Assembly (NCBI RefSeq): GCF_000014785.1
Contig: NC_008340.1
Location: 1,590,001-1,622,000 of the forward strand
DNA: 32,000 bases
Direction of reading: 5' to 3'
Source of the DNA: Alkalilimnicola ehrlichii MLHE-1
GTDB lineage: Bacteria; Pseudomonadota; Gammaproteobacteria; Nitrococcales; Halorhodospiraceae
The position numbers and the translations under genes were made by a program. The notes below the pieces were generated by a model. That model did not search any database. It was not told the origin of the DNA and saw only the letters and a program-made list of their open reading frames with translations. Within the stretch, counting starts at the first letter, position 1. Every line of letters starts with the position of its first letter. Shown here one piece after another: positions 17,134 to 26,500 of this stretch.

Positions 17134-17646
17134 ATGGGGCGGGGCGCGGTATGGCCGGCCGTGGTGCTGGCCCTGACCGCCGGGCTCGCCGGCTGTGCCC
17201 AGGACGAGCCCGGCGCGGAACGCTGGTACGACGAAGGGCAGGTCGTACGCGGTGAGGCGCTCTATCAGCAATATTGCGCCCAATGCCACGGGGTGGCCGG
17301 GGACGGCGCGGAGAACTGGCGCCAGCGGGATGCCTCCGGGCGCACCGGCCCGCCACCGCTGAACGGCACCGGTCACACCTGGCACCATGGCAAAGACGAG
17401 CTGCGCCATTTCATTCGGCATGGCCTGGGGCCCGGCATGCCGCCCTGGCGCGCGGTACTGTCCGACGACGAGGTGACCGCGGTCATCGCCTACCTGCAGC
17501 ATTGGTGGCCGGAGGAGATCTACCAGGCCTGGCAGCGCTACGATGCCCGCTTTCGCGAGGCCGGCGTGGACCTGGGGGAGGAGCCGGTACCGCAGGCCCA
17601 TCCGCAGCCACCGTCATCCGAAACCCCGGGAGGGTCACCCCCCTGA
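17134..17646 (+). CDS. Lipoprotein c-type monohaem cytochrome, about 170 aa
   Basis: It has a lipobox signal (…LTAGLAG/C), the haem motif CAQCH, a downstream GMPPW (candidate Met axial ligand) and a Pro-rich tail. The track ORF (from 16726) overlaps the SDR gene out of frame, so the first ATG after the SDR stop is used. Confidence 0.8.
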   Translation: MGRGAVWPAVVLALTAGLAGCAQDEPGAERWYDEGQVVRGEALYQQYCAQCHGVAGDGAENWRQRDASGRTGPPPLNGTGHTWHHGKDELRHFIRHGLGPGMPPWRAVLSDDEVTAVIAYLQHWWPEEIYQAWQRYDARFREAGVDLGEEPVPQAHPQPPSSETPGGSPP

Positions 17647-18563
17647 TGGACCGATTACTGGCAATGGAGGCCTTCGTCGCCGTGGTGGAGGCCGGCAGCT
17701 TCGTCGCCGCCAGCGAGCGTCTCGGCCGGGCCACGAGCACCACCTCCCGGCAGGTATCGGAGTTGGAGGCGCACCTGCAGGCCCGGTTGTTCCAGCGCAC
17801 CACCCGGCGCCTGACGCTCACCGAGCAGGGACAGGTCTTTTACCGGCATTGCAAGGATCTGCTGGCGCGGCTCGAGGAGGCTGAGGCCGAGGTGGGGGCC
17901 GGCACAGGGGAACCGAACGGGGTGTTGCGGGTGACCGCCCCGGTCTCCTTCGGCACCCTGCACCTGGCCGGTCTGATCCCGCAATTCCATGCCCGGCACC
18001 CCCGCGTGCATCTGAACCTGTCACTGGACGACCGCCAGGTGGATCTGATGGGCGAGGGCCATGACCTGGCGCTGCGCATCAGCCGCTCGCTGCCGGAGCA
18101 TCTGGTGGCCCGCAAGCTGGCGTCGGTCAGCATCATCACCTGCGCGGCACCGGGTTATCTGGCCCAAGCGGGTCGGCCGGAGCGGCCGGAGGCCCTGCAG
18201 GCGCACACCTGCCTGCTCTACTCCCAGGCCGAACCCTACCGCACCTGGACCTATCAGGGCCCGCAGGGGCCGATACCGGTCCGGGTCGGCGGCTACCTGA
18301 CCGCCAACAACGGGGACGTGCTGCGCGCAGCGGCCTTGGCCGGTGATGGCATCGCCCAGCTCCCGGCCTTTCTGGTCCGTGACGACCTGTCAGCCGGTCG
18401 CCTGGTCCCGCTGCTGCCCGACTACCCTCTGCCGCCGCTGGGGGTCTACGCCGTCTACCCCAGCCGGCGCTATCTGCCCGCCAAGGTCCGTGCCTTCGTG
18501 GACTTCCTCGCCGAGACCTGGCGTGACACGCCCACCTGGGAGCAGGGGCCGGCCCCCGACTGA
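17646..18563 (+). CDS. LysR-family transcriptional regulator, 305 aa
   Basis: MDRLLAMEAFVAVVEAGSFVAASERLGRATSTTSRQVSELEAHLQARLFQRTTRRLTLTEQG is a canonical LysR wHTH, followed by a typical substrate-binding domain. The ATG overlaps the cytochrome c stop (TGATG). Confidence 0.93.
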   Translation: MDRLLAMEAFVAVVEAGSFVAASERLGRATSTTSRQVSELEAHLQARLFQRTTRRLTLTEQGQVFYRHCKDLLARLEEAEAEVGAGTGEPNGVLRVTAPVSFGTLHLAGLIPQFHARHPRVHLNLSLDDRQVDLMGEGHDLALRISRSLPEHLVARKLASVSIITCAAPGYLAQAGRPERPEALQAHTCLLYSQAEPYRTWTYQGPQGPIPVRVGGYLTANNGDVLRAAALAGDGIAQLPAFLVRDDLSAGRLVPLLPDYPLPPLGVYAVYPSRRYLPAKVRAFVDFLAETWRDTPTWEQGPAPD

Positions 18564-18672
18564 AGCGCGGGATTTTTCCGCCTGACGGGACAATGATTTT
18601 CGCCCGGGCCGGGTTTTCCATCACAACGGGATCCGTACACTTTGGCCATGCCCTTGGAACAAGGAGTCCCGC

Positions 18673-19212
18673 ATGCTGCGAGGGAACGATCTACGCTACG
18701 GGTGGGTGGCCCGTCTCTTTCACTGGCTCATGGCGCTGCTGTTGCTGGCCCTGTTCGCGACCGGCTGGTGGGCCACGGAGTTGAGCTATTACGACCCGCT
18801 TTACAACACTGTGCCCCACTGGCATCGCTCGCTCGGGGTCCTGGCCGGGCTGCTGATTTGCCTGCGCCTGGCCTGGCTGCTGGTGGACCGGCGCCCCCCC
18901 CACCCGCCGCAGCAGCCGGCCTGGGAGCGGCTGGCGGCGGGTGCGACCCATTGGCTGCTCTATGGCCTGATGATCGCCGTACCGGTCACCGGGTACCTGC
19001 TCTCCACTGCCGACGGCCGGCCGGTGGACGTGTTCGGGCTGTTCCAGGTGCCGGCGCTGTTGCCGCGCAGCTCCGGGCGTGAGGAGATCGCCGCGGATCT
19101 GCACTACTATCTGGCCTTTGGCGGGGCCTGGCTGGTCCTGCTCCATATCGCCGCCGCGCTCAAGCATGCCCTGATCGACCGGGACGGCGTGCTGCGGCGT
19201 ATGATCGGCTAG
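18673..19212 (+). CDS. cybB: Cytochrome b561 family protein (CybB-like), 179 aa
   Basis: RYGWVARLFHWLMALLLL…HRSLG…THWLLY…LLHIAAALKH shows four TM helices with conserved His pairs. An AAGGAG RBS lies upstream, and the gene is followed by yceI as in many proteobacteria. Confidence 0.88.
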   Translation: MLRGNDLRYGWVARLFHWLMALLLLALFATGWWATELSYYDPLYNTVPHWHRSLGVLAGLLICLRLAWLLVDRRPPHPPQQPAWERLAAGATHWLLYGLMIAVPVTGYLLSTADGRPVDVFGLFQVPALLPRSSGREEIAADLHYYLAFGGAWLVLLHIAAALKHALIDRDGVLRRMIG

Positions 19213-19296
19213 CGGCCTGCCCGGTACGATCGAGCACACGAGACACTATTGACCCTACGGCCGGCCCGATCCGGCCCATGACGACACCTGAGGAGA

Positions 19297-19908
19297 ATGA
19301 CCATGACGCACTCGCTCAAGCGGATCCTGACCCGTTCACGCGCGATAGCCGCGGCGGTCTCGCTGGTCGGCCTGCTCGCCTTCACCGCTCCGGCCGTGGC
19401 CGGCGACGAGGTCTACGACCTGGATCCGGCCCACAGTTTCGTGACCTTCAGCATCTCGCACCTGGGCTTCTCCTTCATCGAGGGGCGCTTCAACGAGCTG
19501 GAGGGGGAGTTCGTCTATGATCCGGAGGCCCCGGAGAACAGCCGGGTCACCATGGAGGTGGCGACGGCCAGCATCGACACCAACCACGCCGAGCGGGACC
19601 GCCACCTGCGGGGCGAGGATTTCCTCCATGTCTCCGAATACCCGGTGGCCCGGTTTGAGACCACCGGCTTCGAGCCCGACGGTGAGGACGGGCGACTGCT
19701 GGGTGAGCTGACCCTCCACGGCGAGACCCGGCCCATCGAGGTGGACGTGACGTTTGTCGGCGCCGGGGAGGACCCCTGGGGCGGCTACCGCCGCGGTTAC
19801 GTGGGCACCACCACCATCAAGCGCAGCGATTTCGGCATGGACTACGACCTGGGTCCGGACGCCGATGAGATGCGCCTGCGCTTCGTGCTCGAGGGCATCC
19901 GCCAATAG
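19297..19908 (+). CDS. yceI: YceI-family periplasmic (polyisoprenoid-binding) protein, 203 aa
   Basis: It has a signal peptide. YDLDPAHSFVTFSISHLGFSFIEGRFNELEGEFVYD and TNHAERDRHLRGEDFL are YceI signatures. Confidence 0.92.
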   Translation: MTMTHSLKRILTRSRAIAAAVSLVGLLAFTAPAVAGDEVYDLDPAHSFVTFSISHLGFSFIEGRFNELEGEFVYDPEAPENSRVTMEVATASIDTNHAERDRHLRGEDFLHVSEYPVARFETTGFEPDGEDGRLLGELTLHGETRPIEVDVTFVGAGEDPWGGYRRGYVGTTTIKRSDFGMDYDLGPDADEMRLRFVLEGIRQ

Positions 19909-19954
19909 GGGCGCCGGTCGAGAGCACAGCGCCTGAGTCACAAGGACACGCACC

Positions 19955-20542
19955 ATGTGGGACGAGCGGTATCGCGCAGAGGACTACTTCTACGGCACCG
20001 ACCCCAACGACTTTCTCGCCGCCGAGGCGTCTCACATCCCCCCCGGCGGGCGGGTGCTTTGTCTGGCCGAGGGCGAGGGACGCAATGCCGTCTGGCTGGC
20101 CAGGCAGGGCTACCGGGTCACCGCAGTGGACGCCTCCAGGGAGGGGGTGCGCAAGGGGGAGCGCCTGGCCGGGCAACACGGGGTATCGGTGGTATGGGTG
20201 CACGCGGACCTGGCGGACTACAGCATCGAACCCGGCTGCTGGGACGGTATTGTCGGGATCTTCGCCCATCTGCCGCCGGCGCTACGCCGCCAGGTGCACG
20301 GTGCCGCTGCGGCCGGGCTGAGGCCCGGCGGGGTGGTGATCATTGAAGCCTACACCCCACGGCAACTGGACTACGGCACCGGCGGGCCACCTGATCCGGC
20401 CATGCTGGTGAACCTGGCCACCCTGCGTGCGGATTTCCCCGGCCTGAGACCGGTCATCGCCCGGGAACGCGAGCGGGCGGTGATCGAGGGTCGGGGCCAT
20501 ACCGGCCTGGCCCATGTGGTGCAGTGGGTGGCCCGGCGCTAG
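19955..20542 (+). CDS. Class I SAM-dependent methyltransferase (TehB/thiopurine-MT-like small MTase), 195 aa
   Basis: VLCLAEGEGRNAVWLARQGYRVTAVDAS is SAM motif I plus the acidic post-I residue, followed by LRPGGVVII. Confidence 0.82.
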   Translation: MWDERYRAEDYFYGTDPNDFLAAEASHIPPGGRVLCLAEGEGRNAVWLARQGYRVTAVDASREGVRKGERLAGQHGVSVVWVHADLADYSIEPGCWDGIVGIFAHLPPALRRQVHGAAAAGLRPGGVVIIEAYTPRQLDYGTGGPPDPAMLVNLATLRADFPGLRPVIARERERAVIEGRGHTGLAHVVQWVARR

Positions 20543-20549
20543 ACCGGGT

Positions 20550-22016
20550 TCAGCCGGGCTCGTCGCGTGCGTCGTCCGCCGGCGGGTCCGGCTGCGCCCA
20601 GCCGCCCCCCAGGGCCTTGAACAGGGTGGCGGTAGCGTTCAGCTGGTCGCGCACCGCCTCGGCCAGGGCCAGCTCCGCGGCCAGCAGGCTGCGTTGGGCG
20701 TCGAGCACCTCGATAAAGCCGATGAAGCCCTCCTGATAGCGCAGTTCGGCCAGCTGCGAGGTGCGCTCCACCGCCGCCACCTGCGCTCGGATAGCCTGAG
20801 CCCGCTGGCTGCTGGTGCGGTACAGGCTCAGGGCGTCGCGCACCTCGTTGAAGGCGCTGATCACGGTGGCCTGATACCGGGCACGTGATTGCGCCGCCAT
20901 GGCCTCGGCGGCCTCCACCCCGGCGCGCCCGCGACCGAAATCGAACAGTGGCCCCGCCACCGAGCTCCCCAGGCCCCAGGTCTCCGCGGCCCCGGTGAAT
21001 AAGTCGCTGGTGTCGGTGGCCGCCGTGCCGAGCAGGGCGGTGAGGTTTAGCCGGGGCAGGCGTTCCGCCTGCGCAACGCCGATGGCTGCGGTGGCGGCCA
21101 TCAGTTCGGCCTCGGCCGCCCGCACATCCGGCCGCCGCTCCAGCAGTTCTGAGGGCAGGGTTGCGGGCAGGTCCTCCGGCAGGTGAATGGCCTCCAGTGG
21201 CGTGTACTCGCCCAGGTCCATCTCATCGAGGGTCATCAGCTCCGCGGGGCTCATACCCACCAGCACGCCCAGCACCCCCTCCAAGGTGCTCACCTGCTCC
21301 TGGCGCAGGGGGATCTCCGCCCGAGTGCTCTGCAGTTCGGCCTCCGCCTGGCGCAGCGTCAGCTCGTCGGTTTCACCCGCCTCGTAACGCACCCGCTCCA
21401 GGGCGTAGGTCTCCTCCCGGGAGACCAGGGTGTTCTCCGTGATGGCCAGCTGTTGCTGGGCCGCCCGCAGGTCGAAGTAGGTGGTGACCACATCGGCGAT
21501 GAGGTTCAGCCGCACGGCATCCTGGCTGAAGACATTCTCCAGCAGGAAGGCCTCGGCCGCCTCACGCTCCCGGGCCAGGCGGCCAAACAGATCGATCTCA
21601 TAACCCAGCACGCCGCTTACCGAGAACAGGTTGTCGGTACGGGCTCGCGGCTCCACACCCGGAAACGCCGGCTGCAGGGTGGCGGGGCCGCGCTCCCGCG
21701 CCGCCTCCGCCTGCAGGTCGACCGTGGGCAGTTGCTCCGCGCTGGCCATGCCCAACCGGGCGCGGGCCTCCTCGAGACGGGCCGCCTGCAGGCGGATGTC
21801 CAGGTTGTTGGCCACCGCCCGCTCGACCAGTTGGTTGAGGGTGGGGTCGTCGAACCGCTTCCACCAGTCCACCCACGCCGCCCGCTCCCCATCGGCCAAC
21901 AGGCTGCTTTCGGGCCAGGCCTCCGGCAGGTCCATTTCCGGGGCCTGGTAGTCTGGGCCGACGGCGCAGCCGGCCAGTATCAGTACTGCGGCCAGGGCGG
22001 TTATCGCCTTACGCAT
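20550..22016 (-). CDS. RND efflux outer-membrane lipoprotein, NodT/OprM family, 488 aa
   Basis: MRKAITALAAVLILAG/CAVGPDYQAPE shows the lipobox and the canonical NodT start, with two OEP repeats. The ATG at 22016 overlaps the pump gene stop by 8 nt. The track ORF has a 30-codon upstream extension. Confidence 0.93.
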   Translation of the reverse strand: MRKAITALAAVLILAGCAVGPDYQAPEMDLPEAWPESSLLADGERAAWVDWWKRFDDPTLNQLVERAVANNLDIRLQAARLEEARARLGMASAEQLPTVDLQAEAARERGPATLQPAFPGVEPRARTDNLFSVSGVLGYEIDLFGRLAREREAAEAFLLENVFSQDAVRLNLIADVVTTYFDLRAAQQQLAITENTLVSREETYALERVRYEAGETDELTLRQAEAELQSTRAEIPLRQEQVSTLEGVLGVLVGMSPAELMTLDEMDLGEYTPLEAIHLPEDLPATLPSELLERRPDVRAAEAELMAATAAIGVAQAERLPRLNLTALLGTAATDTSDLFTGAAETWGLGSSVAGPLFDFGRGRAGVEAAEAMAAQSRARYQATVISAFNEVRDALSLYRTSSQRAQAIRAQVAAVERTSQLAELRYQEGFIGFIEVLDAQRSLLAAELALAEAVRDQLNATATLFKALGGGWAQPDPPADDARDEPG

Positions 22017-25000
22017 GGTTCCCGGCCTCCTTGTCATCGGCCTGCGCCGCCTTCTCCTGCTCACGCCGGGCCCGCCGCTCGTTGCGCCAGGTGGCGACAT
22101 CCTCAAGCAGTTTGTAGAACAGCGGCACGAAGAGCAGCGCCAGGGTGCTGGCGGCCAGCATGCCGCCCACCACCACGGTCCCGATCTCCTGGCGGCTGGC
22201 GGCGCCGGCCCCGGTGGCGAACACCAGAGGCAGGGTGCCGATGATGAAGGTCAGGGCGGTCATCATAATGGCGCGGAAACGCTGGCGTGCCGCAGCCATG
22301 GCCGCCTCGGTGGAGGTCATGCCGGTGGCCCGGTTCTGGGCCGCGAACTCCACGATGAGAATGGCGTTCTTGGCCGCCAGGCCGATCAGCACCAGCAGGC
22401 CCACCTGGAAGTAGATGTCGTTGGGGAAACCGCGGAGCAGGGCGAAGAGGGCGGCGCCCAGGACGGCGAAGGGGACCGCGGTGGCCACGGCCAGAGGCAG
22501 CGTCCAGCGTTCGTACTGCGCGGCCAGGATCAGGAACACCATTAGCAGGCCCATGGCGAAGGCCGCGGCGCCGGCGCCGGCCGCCACCTCCAACTGGTAG
22601 GCCTCGCCGATCCAGCCGAGCAGAGCGTCGGCCCCCTCCTCGTCGCGGACCTCGGCCACCACCGCCTCGAGCGCCGCCTTCGCGTCACCGCTGGTGTAGC
22701 CGGGGGCGGGGTCGGCCATCAGCTTGGCGGCCTGATAGATGTTGAAGCGGTTGATGATGTCCGCGCCCGACTCGCGGGTCAGACGGACCAGCGCGCTCAG
22801 CGGCACGAGATCACCGCTCTCGGAGCGCACGAAGACATGGCGCAGGTCCTCCGGATGGCTCCGGAAGTCCTGCTCGGACTGGAGGTTCACCTGCCATAGC
22901 CGTCCGGCGAAGGTGAAATCGTTGACATAGAGGGCGCCGAAGGTGGCCCGCATGGTATTAAACACCTCGTCAATCCGCACCCCGGCCGCCTTGGCCTTCT
23001 CGCGGTCCAACTCCGCACGGTAGCGGGGGATGCCGGTGTCCAGCGTCGAGCGGGCGTTCACCAGCTCCGGGCGCTCATTGGCCCGCTGGACCACCCGGTT
23101 GGCCAAGGCCTCCACCTGGCGGGCGCTCATGTCCTCGCGCACCTGCAGAAAGCCCTCCACGCCGCCGGTCAGTGACAGCCCCTGGATGGGCGGCGGAATG
23201 AAGGCGAACACATTGGCCTCCTGCAGGCCGAACCCCATCCCGGAGATTCGCTCACTCATGGCCGCGGCGTGTTGGTCGGGCCGGGGCCGATCGGCCCAGT
23301 CGGTGAAGTTCACGAAACCGACCGCGGCGTTGGTCCGCAGCGAGCCGGCGATGATGTCGAAGCCGGCGAAGGCGGTGAACTCCTGGATCTCTTCCAGTTG
23401 CGTGAGCTGCGCCGCCAGGGCGTCGCGGACCGCTTCGGTGCGGTTCAGCGCTGAGGTGGGCGGCAACTGTGCGACCACCAGGGCAAACCCCTGGTCCTCC
23501 TGGGGCACCAGGCCGTCCGGCATGCGCTCCACCAGGAACACCGCGCCGCCCACGGCGAGTGCGAACAGCCCGACACCCACAGTGCGGTTTCTGACCAGGA
23601 AGCCGACCGCGGCCACGAAGGCCCGGGTCAGGTGTTCAAAGCCGGCGTTGAAGAGGCGGAAGGGCAGCCAGGGTGTCTTCGGCTGCTTATCCAGGAGCAG
23701 GGCACACATCGCCGGGGTCAGGGTCAGCGCCACCACGCCGGAGATCACCACCGAGAAGGCGATAGTGACCGCGAACTGGCGGTACAACTCACCGGTCAGA
23801 CCGCCCAGGAAGGCCACGGGCGCGAAGACCGCCACCAGCACCAGGGTGGAGGAGACCACCGCCCCGGAAACCTGCTTCATGGTCTCCACCGAGGCCTCCC
23901 TGGCCTTCAGCCCCTTCTCGCGCATCAGCCGCTCGACGTTCTCCATCACGATGATGGCGTTGTCCACGACGATGCCGATGGCCAGCACCAGCCCGAAGAG
24001 GGTCAGCAGGTTGACCGAAAAGCCCATGGCCTGCATGCCCGCAAAGGTCCCGATCAGGGAGACCGGTATCGCAGTGATGGGGATCAGGGTCGCCCGCAGG
24101 TGCTGCAGGAAGACGAAGGTCACCAGCACCACGAGCCCTACCGCGATGAGCAGTGTGGTGTAGACCTCCCGGATGGAGACCTCCACGAACTCGGTGGTGT
24201 CATAGGGGATGGTGTACTCCACGCCCTCGGGAAAGCGCTCGGCGCTGTCCGCCAGCGCGGCCCGCACCTGCTCGGCGGTCTCCAGGGCGTTGGCCCCGGG
24301 CGCCTGATAGACCCCGATGGGGACGGTCGGCTCGCCGTTGTAGGTGGCGGAGAAGGCGTAGCTCTGGGCACCCAGTTCGGCCCTGGCCACGTCGCCGAGG
24401 CGCAGGGTGGCCCCGGACTCGTCCGAGCGCAGGATGATGGCCTCGAACTCCTCCGCCCCCTCCAGTTGGCCCCGGGTGGTCACGGTGAGGGTGAAGGCCT
24501 GGCCGTCGGGGGCCGGCTCAGCGCCCATCTGGCCGGCGGCGAACTGGGCGTTCTGCTCGCGGATGGCCGCCGCCACCTCCGCCGGCGTCAGGTCGTACTG
24601 GGCCAGCTTGTCCGGCCGTAGCCAGATCCGCATGGCGTAGTCCTGCTGGCCGAATAGAGAGGCCTCGCCCACACCGGGCAGGCGCTCCAGTTCGTCGATG
24701 ATGTTCAGCAGGGCGTAGTTACTGAGCTCGAGCGTGCCGTGGCGCCCGTCCGGCGAGCTGAGCGTCGCCACCAACAGGATGTTGGTGGAGCGGGCCTCCA
24801 CCCGCACCCCCTGGTCCCGTACCGCCTGGGGCAGTCGGGGCAGGGCGGCCTGCACCCGGTTGTTGACGTTGATCTCGGCCTGATCCGGATCGGTGCCCAT
24901 CTCGAAGGAGACCGAGATCTGGACCGTGCCGGCGTCGGTACTGGTGGACTCCATGTAGATCATGTCGTCCACGCCGTTGATCTCCTGCTCCAGGGGTGCG

Positions 25001-25185
25001 GCCACCGCCTCCGCCAACACCTCCGAGCTGGCGCCGGGGTAAGCGGCCTGGACCACGATCTCCGGTGGCACCACGTCCGGGTACTGCTCGATGGGCAGGG
25101 CGCGCAGCGACGCGAGCCCGGCCACCAGGATGATGATCGAGATGACTGAGGCGAAGATCGGCCGGTCGATGAAGAACCGCAGCAT
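22009..25185 (-). CDS. Multidrug RND inner-membrane pump, HAE1 family (AcrB/MexB-like), 1058 aa
   Basis: MLRFFIDRPIFASVISIIILVAGLASLRALPIEQYPDVVPPEIVV… is the canonical AcrB-type N-terminus. Size and 12-TM layout fit. It lies between the adaptor and OMF genes. Confidence 0.97.
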   Translation of the reverse strand: MLRFFIDRPIFASVISIIILVAGLASLRALPIEQYPDVVPPEIVVQAAYPGASSEVLAEAVAAPLEQEINGVDDMIYMESTSTDAGTVQISVSFEMGTDPDQAEINVNNRVQAALPRLPQAVRDQGVRVEARSTNILLVATLSSPDGRHGTLELSNYALLNIIDELERLPGVGEASLFGQQDYAMRIWLRPDKLAQYDLTPAEVAAAIREQNAQFAAGQMGAEPAPDGQAFTLTVTTRGQLEGAEEFEAIILRSDESGATLRLGDVARAELGAQSYAFSATYNGEPTVPIGVYQAPGANALETAEQVRAALADSAERFPEGVEYTIPYDTTEFVEVSIREVYTTLLIAVGLVVLVTFVFLQHLRATLIPITAIPVSLIGTFAGMQAMGFSVNLLTLFGLVLAIGIVVDNAIIVMENVERLMREKGLKAREASVETMKQVSGAVVSSTLVLVAVFAPVAFLGGLTGELYRQFAVTIAFSVVISGVVALTLTPAMCALLLDKQPKTPWLPFRLFNAGFEHLTRAFVAAVGFLVRNRTVGVGLFALAVGGAVFLVERMPDGLVPQEDQGFALVVAQLPPTSALNRTEAVRDALAAQLTQLEEIQEFTAFAGFDIIAGSLRTNAAVGFVNFTDWADRPRPDQHAAAMSERISGMGFGLQEANVFAFIPPPIQGLSLTGGVEGFLQVREDMSARQVEALANRVVQRANERPELVNARSTLDTGIPRYRAELDREKAKAAGVRIDEVFNTMRATFGALYVNDFTFAGRLWQVNLQSEQDFRSHPEDLRHVFVRSESGDLVPLSALVRLTRESGADIINRFNIYQAAKLMADPAPGYTSGDAKAALEAVVAEVRDEEGADALLGWIGEAYQLEVAAGAGAAAFAMGLLMVFLILAAQYERWTLPLAVATAVPFAVLGAALFALLRGFPNDIYFQVGLLVLIGLAAKNAILIVEFAAQNRATGMTSTEAAMAAARQRFRAIMMTALTFIIGTLPLVFATGAGAASRQEIGTVVVGGMLAASTLALLFVPLFYKLLEDVATWRNERRARREQEKAAQADDKEAGNHA

Positions 25186-25189
25186 GGGA

Positions 25190-26347
25190 TTACTCCTCGT
25201 CCGACCGGTCGGCCACCACATCCACGGCCATTCCATCATGCAGGGCGACATGGCCATTCACCACCAGGCGTTCACCCGGCGTCAGGCCGTCGAGAATGAT
25301 CTGTCGGCCGTCGACCACAGGGCCGAGTTCCACCGGCCGCGCCCGTGCGGTGCCCTCCTCATCCACCACAAAGACCTGTGGCCCCTCTCGCCCTTCGCCG
25401 ACGGCGGTCTCGTCCACGACCACGGCATCCTGGTGCCGCTCCAGCAGCAGTCTCACCCGCAGGAACTGGCCCGGCACGATGCGGTGCTCCACATTGGGGA
25501 AAACCGCCCGCGCCGTGACACTGCCGGTGCGCGGGTCAATCGTGCTGTCGGTGAAGTCCACCGTCCCGGTGTGGGCGTAGGTGGTGCCGTCGGGCAGGCG
25601 CAGATGGGCCTCGTATTCGTGGTCATCGCCCGCCGCCAGCCGCGCCTGGCGCGCCGCGCGCTGAACAGCAGCGTCGCCTTCGGGTAGGGCGAAGCGGACA
25701 TGGATCGGGTCGTGCCGGGTAATGCGGGTGAGCAGGGTGCCCCGCTCGATCAGACTGCCCTCGGGTAGCACCTCCAGCCCGGTCGTCCCGCTCAGCGGTG
25801 CCTGGACTTCGGTATAACGCAGGTTGCGTTGCGCATCACGCACAGCGGCATCGGCCACGGCCCGTTGTGCCTCCGCCAGTTCGAACTCGGACAGGGCCCG
25901 GTCCCGCTCCCGCTGACTGACCGCATCCCGTTCGTAGAGCGAGGCGATCCGGCGCCATTCCCGACTGGCCTGGTTATAGGCGGCTTGCGCATTGGCGCGT
26001 TCCGCCTCGGCCCGGCGTAGGGCGATTTCATAAGGCTCCGGGTCGATGCGGAAGAGGGCATCGCCCTCATTCACCACCTGGCCCTCCCGGTAAAGGCGCT
26101 CTTCCAGGATGCCGTCCACCCGGGCGCGAACCTCCACCTCGCGTGCGCCGCGGGCGCGGCCGGCATAGACCCCCTCAACCTCCACGGCGGCTGTCTCAAC
26201 CGGGGCGACGGTGACCGGGGGCGGTGGCATATCTGCCTGCTGTTGACCCAGGGCTGGGAGCGTCCACCCATAGAGACCCAGAGCGACGACGATGGCGGTA
26301 ACGATGGACTTGGGTTTGCGTGCGAGCGCGGGCGAGGCAGCGGACAT
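25190..26347 (-). CDS. RND efflux periplasmic adaptor (AcrA/MexA family), 385 aa
   Basis: It has a signal/TM segment, a coiled-coil hairpin (AEAERANAQAAYNQASREWRR…) and lipoyl and beta-barrel motifs (TEVQAPLSGTTG). Its stop lies 4 nt before the pump ATG. Confidence 0.93.
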   Translation of the reverse strand: MSAASPALARKPKSIVTAIVVALGLYGWTLPALGQQQADMPPPPVTVAPVETAAVEVEGVYAGRARGAREVEVRARVDGILEERLYREGQVVNEGDALFRIDPEPYEIALRRAEAERANAQAAYNQASREWRRIASLYERDAVSQRERDRALSEFELAEAQRAVADAAVRDAQRNLRYTEVQAPLSGTTGLEVLPEGSLIERGTLLTRITRHDPIHVRFALPEGDAAVQRAARQARLAAGDDHEYEAHLRLPDGTTYAHTGTVDFTDSTIDPRTGSVTARAVFPNVEHRIVPGQFLRVRLLLERHQDAVVVDETAVGEGREGPQVFVVDEEGTARARPVELGPVVDGRQIILDGLTPGERLVVNGHVALHDGMAVDVVADRSDEE

Positions 26348-26409
26348 GCGCTGGGTTCTCCGATGGGAATGGGCTTGCGGTGGTGTGAGGTCCGGACCGA
26401 ATCAGCTGC

Positions 26410-26439
26410 GTTTACATACATACAAGGACGTATGTAAAC
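26410..26439. promoter_or_regulatory. AcrR-type operator: 10-bp perfect inverted repeat in the acrR / acrA-like divergent region
   Basis: GTTTACATAC (26410-26419) / GTATGTAAAC (26430-26439) with a 10-bp spacer. The arms TACATAC/GTATGTA and their 10-nt separation match my recollection of the E. coli AcrR site TACATACATT-TGTG-AATGTATGTA. A TATACT -10-like hexamer sits at 26449-26454. Confidence 0.6.
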
Positions 26440-26500
26440 GATTAACGGTATACTACACAGCCGACAAAACCAGTCAACAATGGATCTACCCGAGCCAAGC

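Noticed and set aside
16726-17645. The long N-terminal extensions of the cytochrome c ORF (from 16726) and the LysR ORF (from 17274).
   Set aside because: The extensions overlap the preceding genes out of frame and are Arg/Pro-rich. The lipoprotein signal peptide and the LysR wHTH begin at the internal ATGs 17134 and 17646 respectively.
21183-24621. Large + strand ORFs (353, 377 and 329 aa) inside the efflux operon.
   Set aside because: They are antisense to OprM-like and AcrB-like genes with unmistakable homology, and their composition is typical of GC-rich antisense frames.
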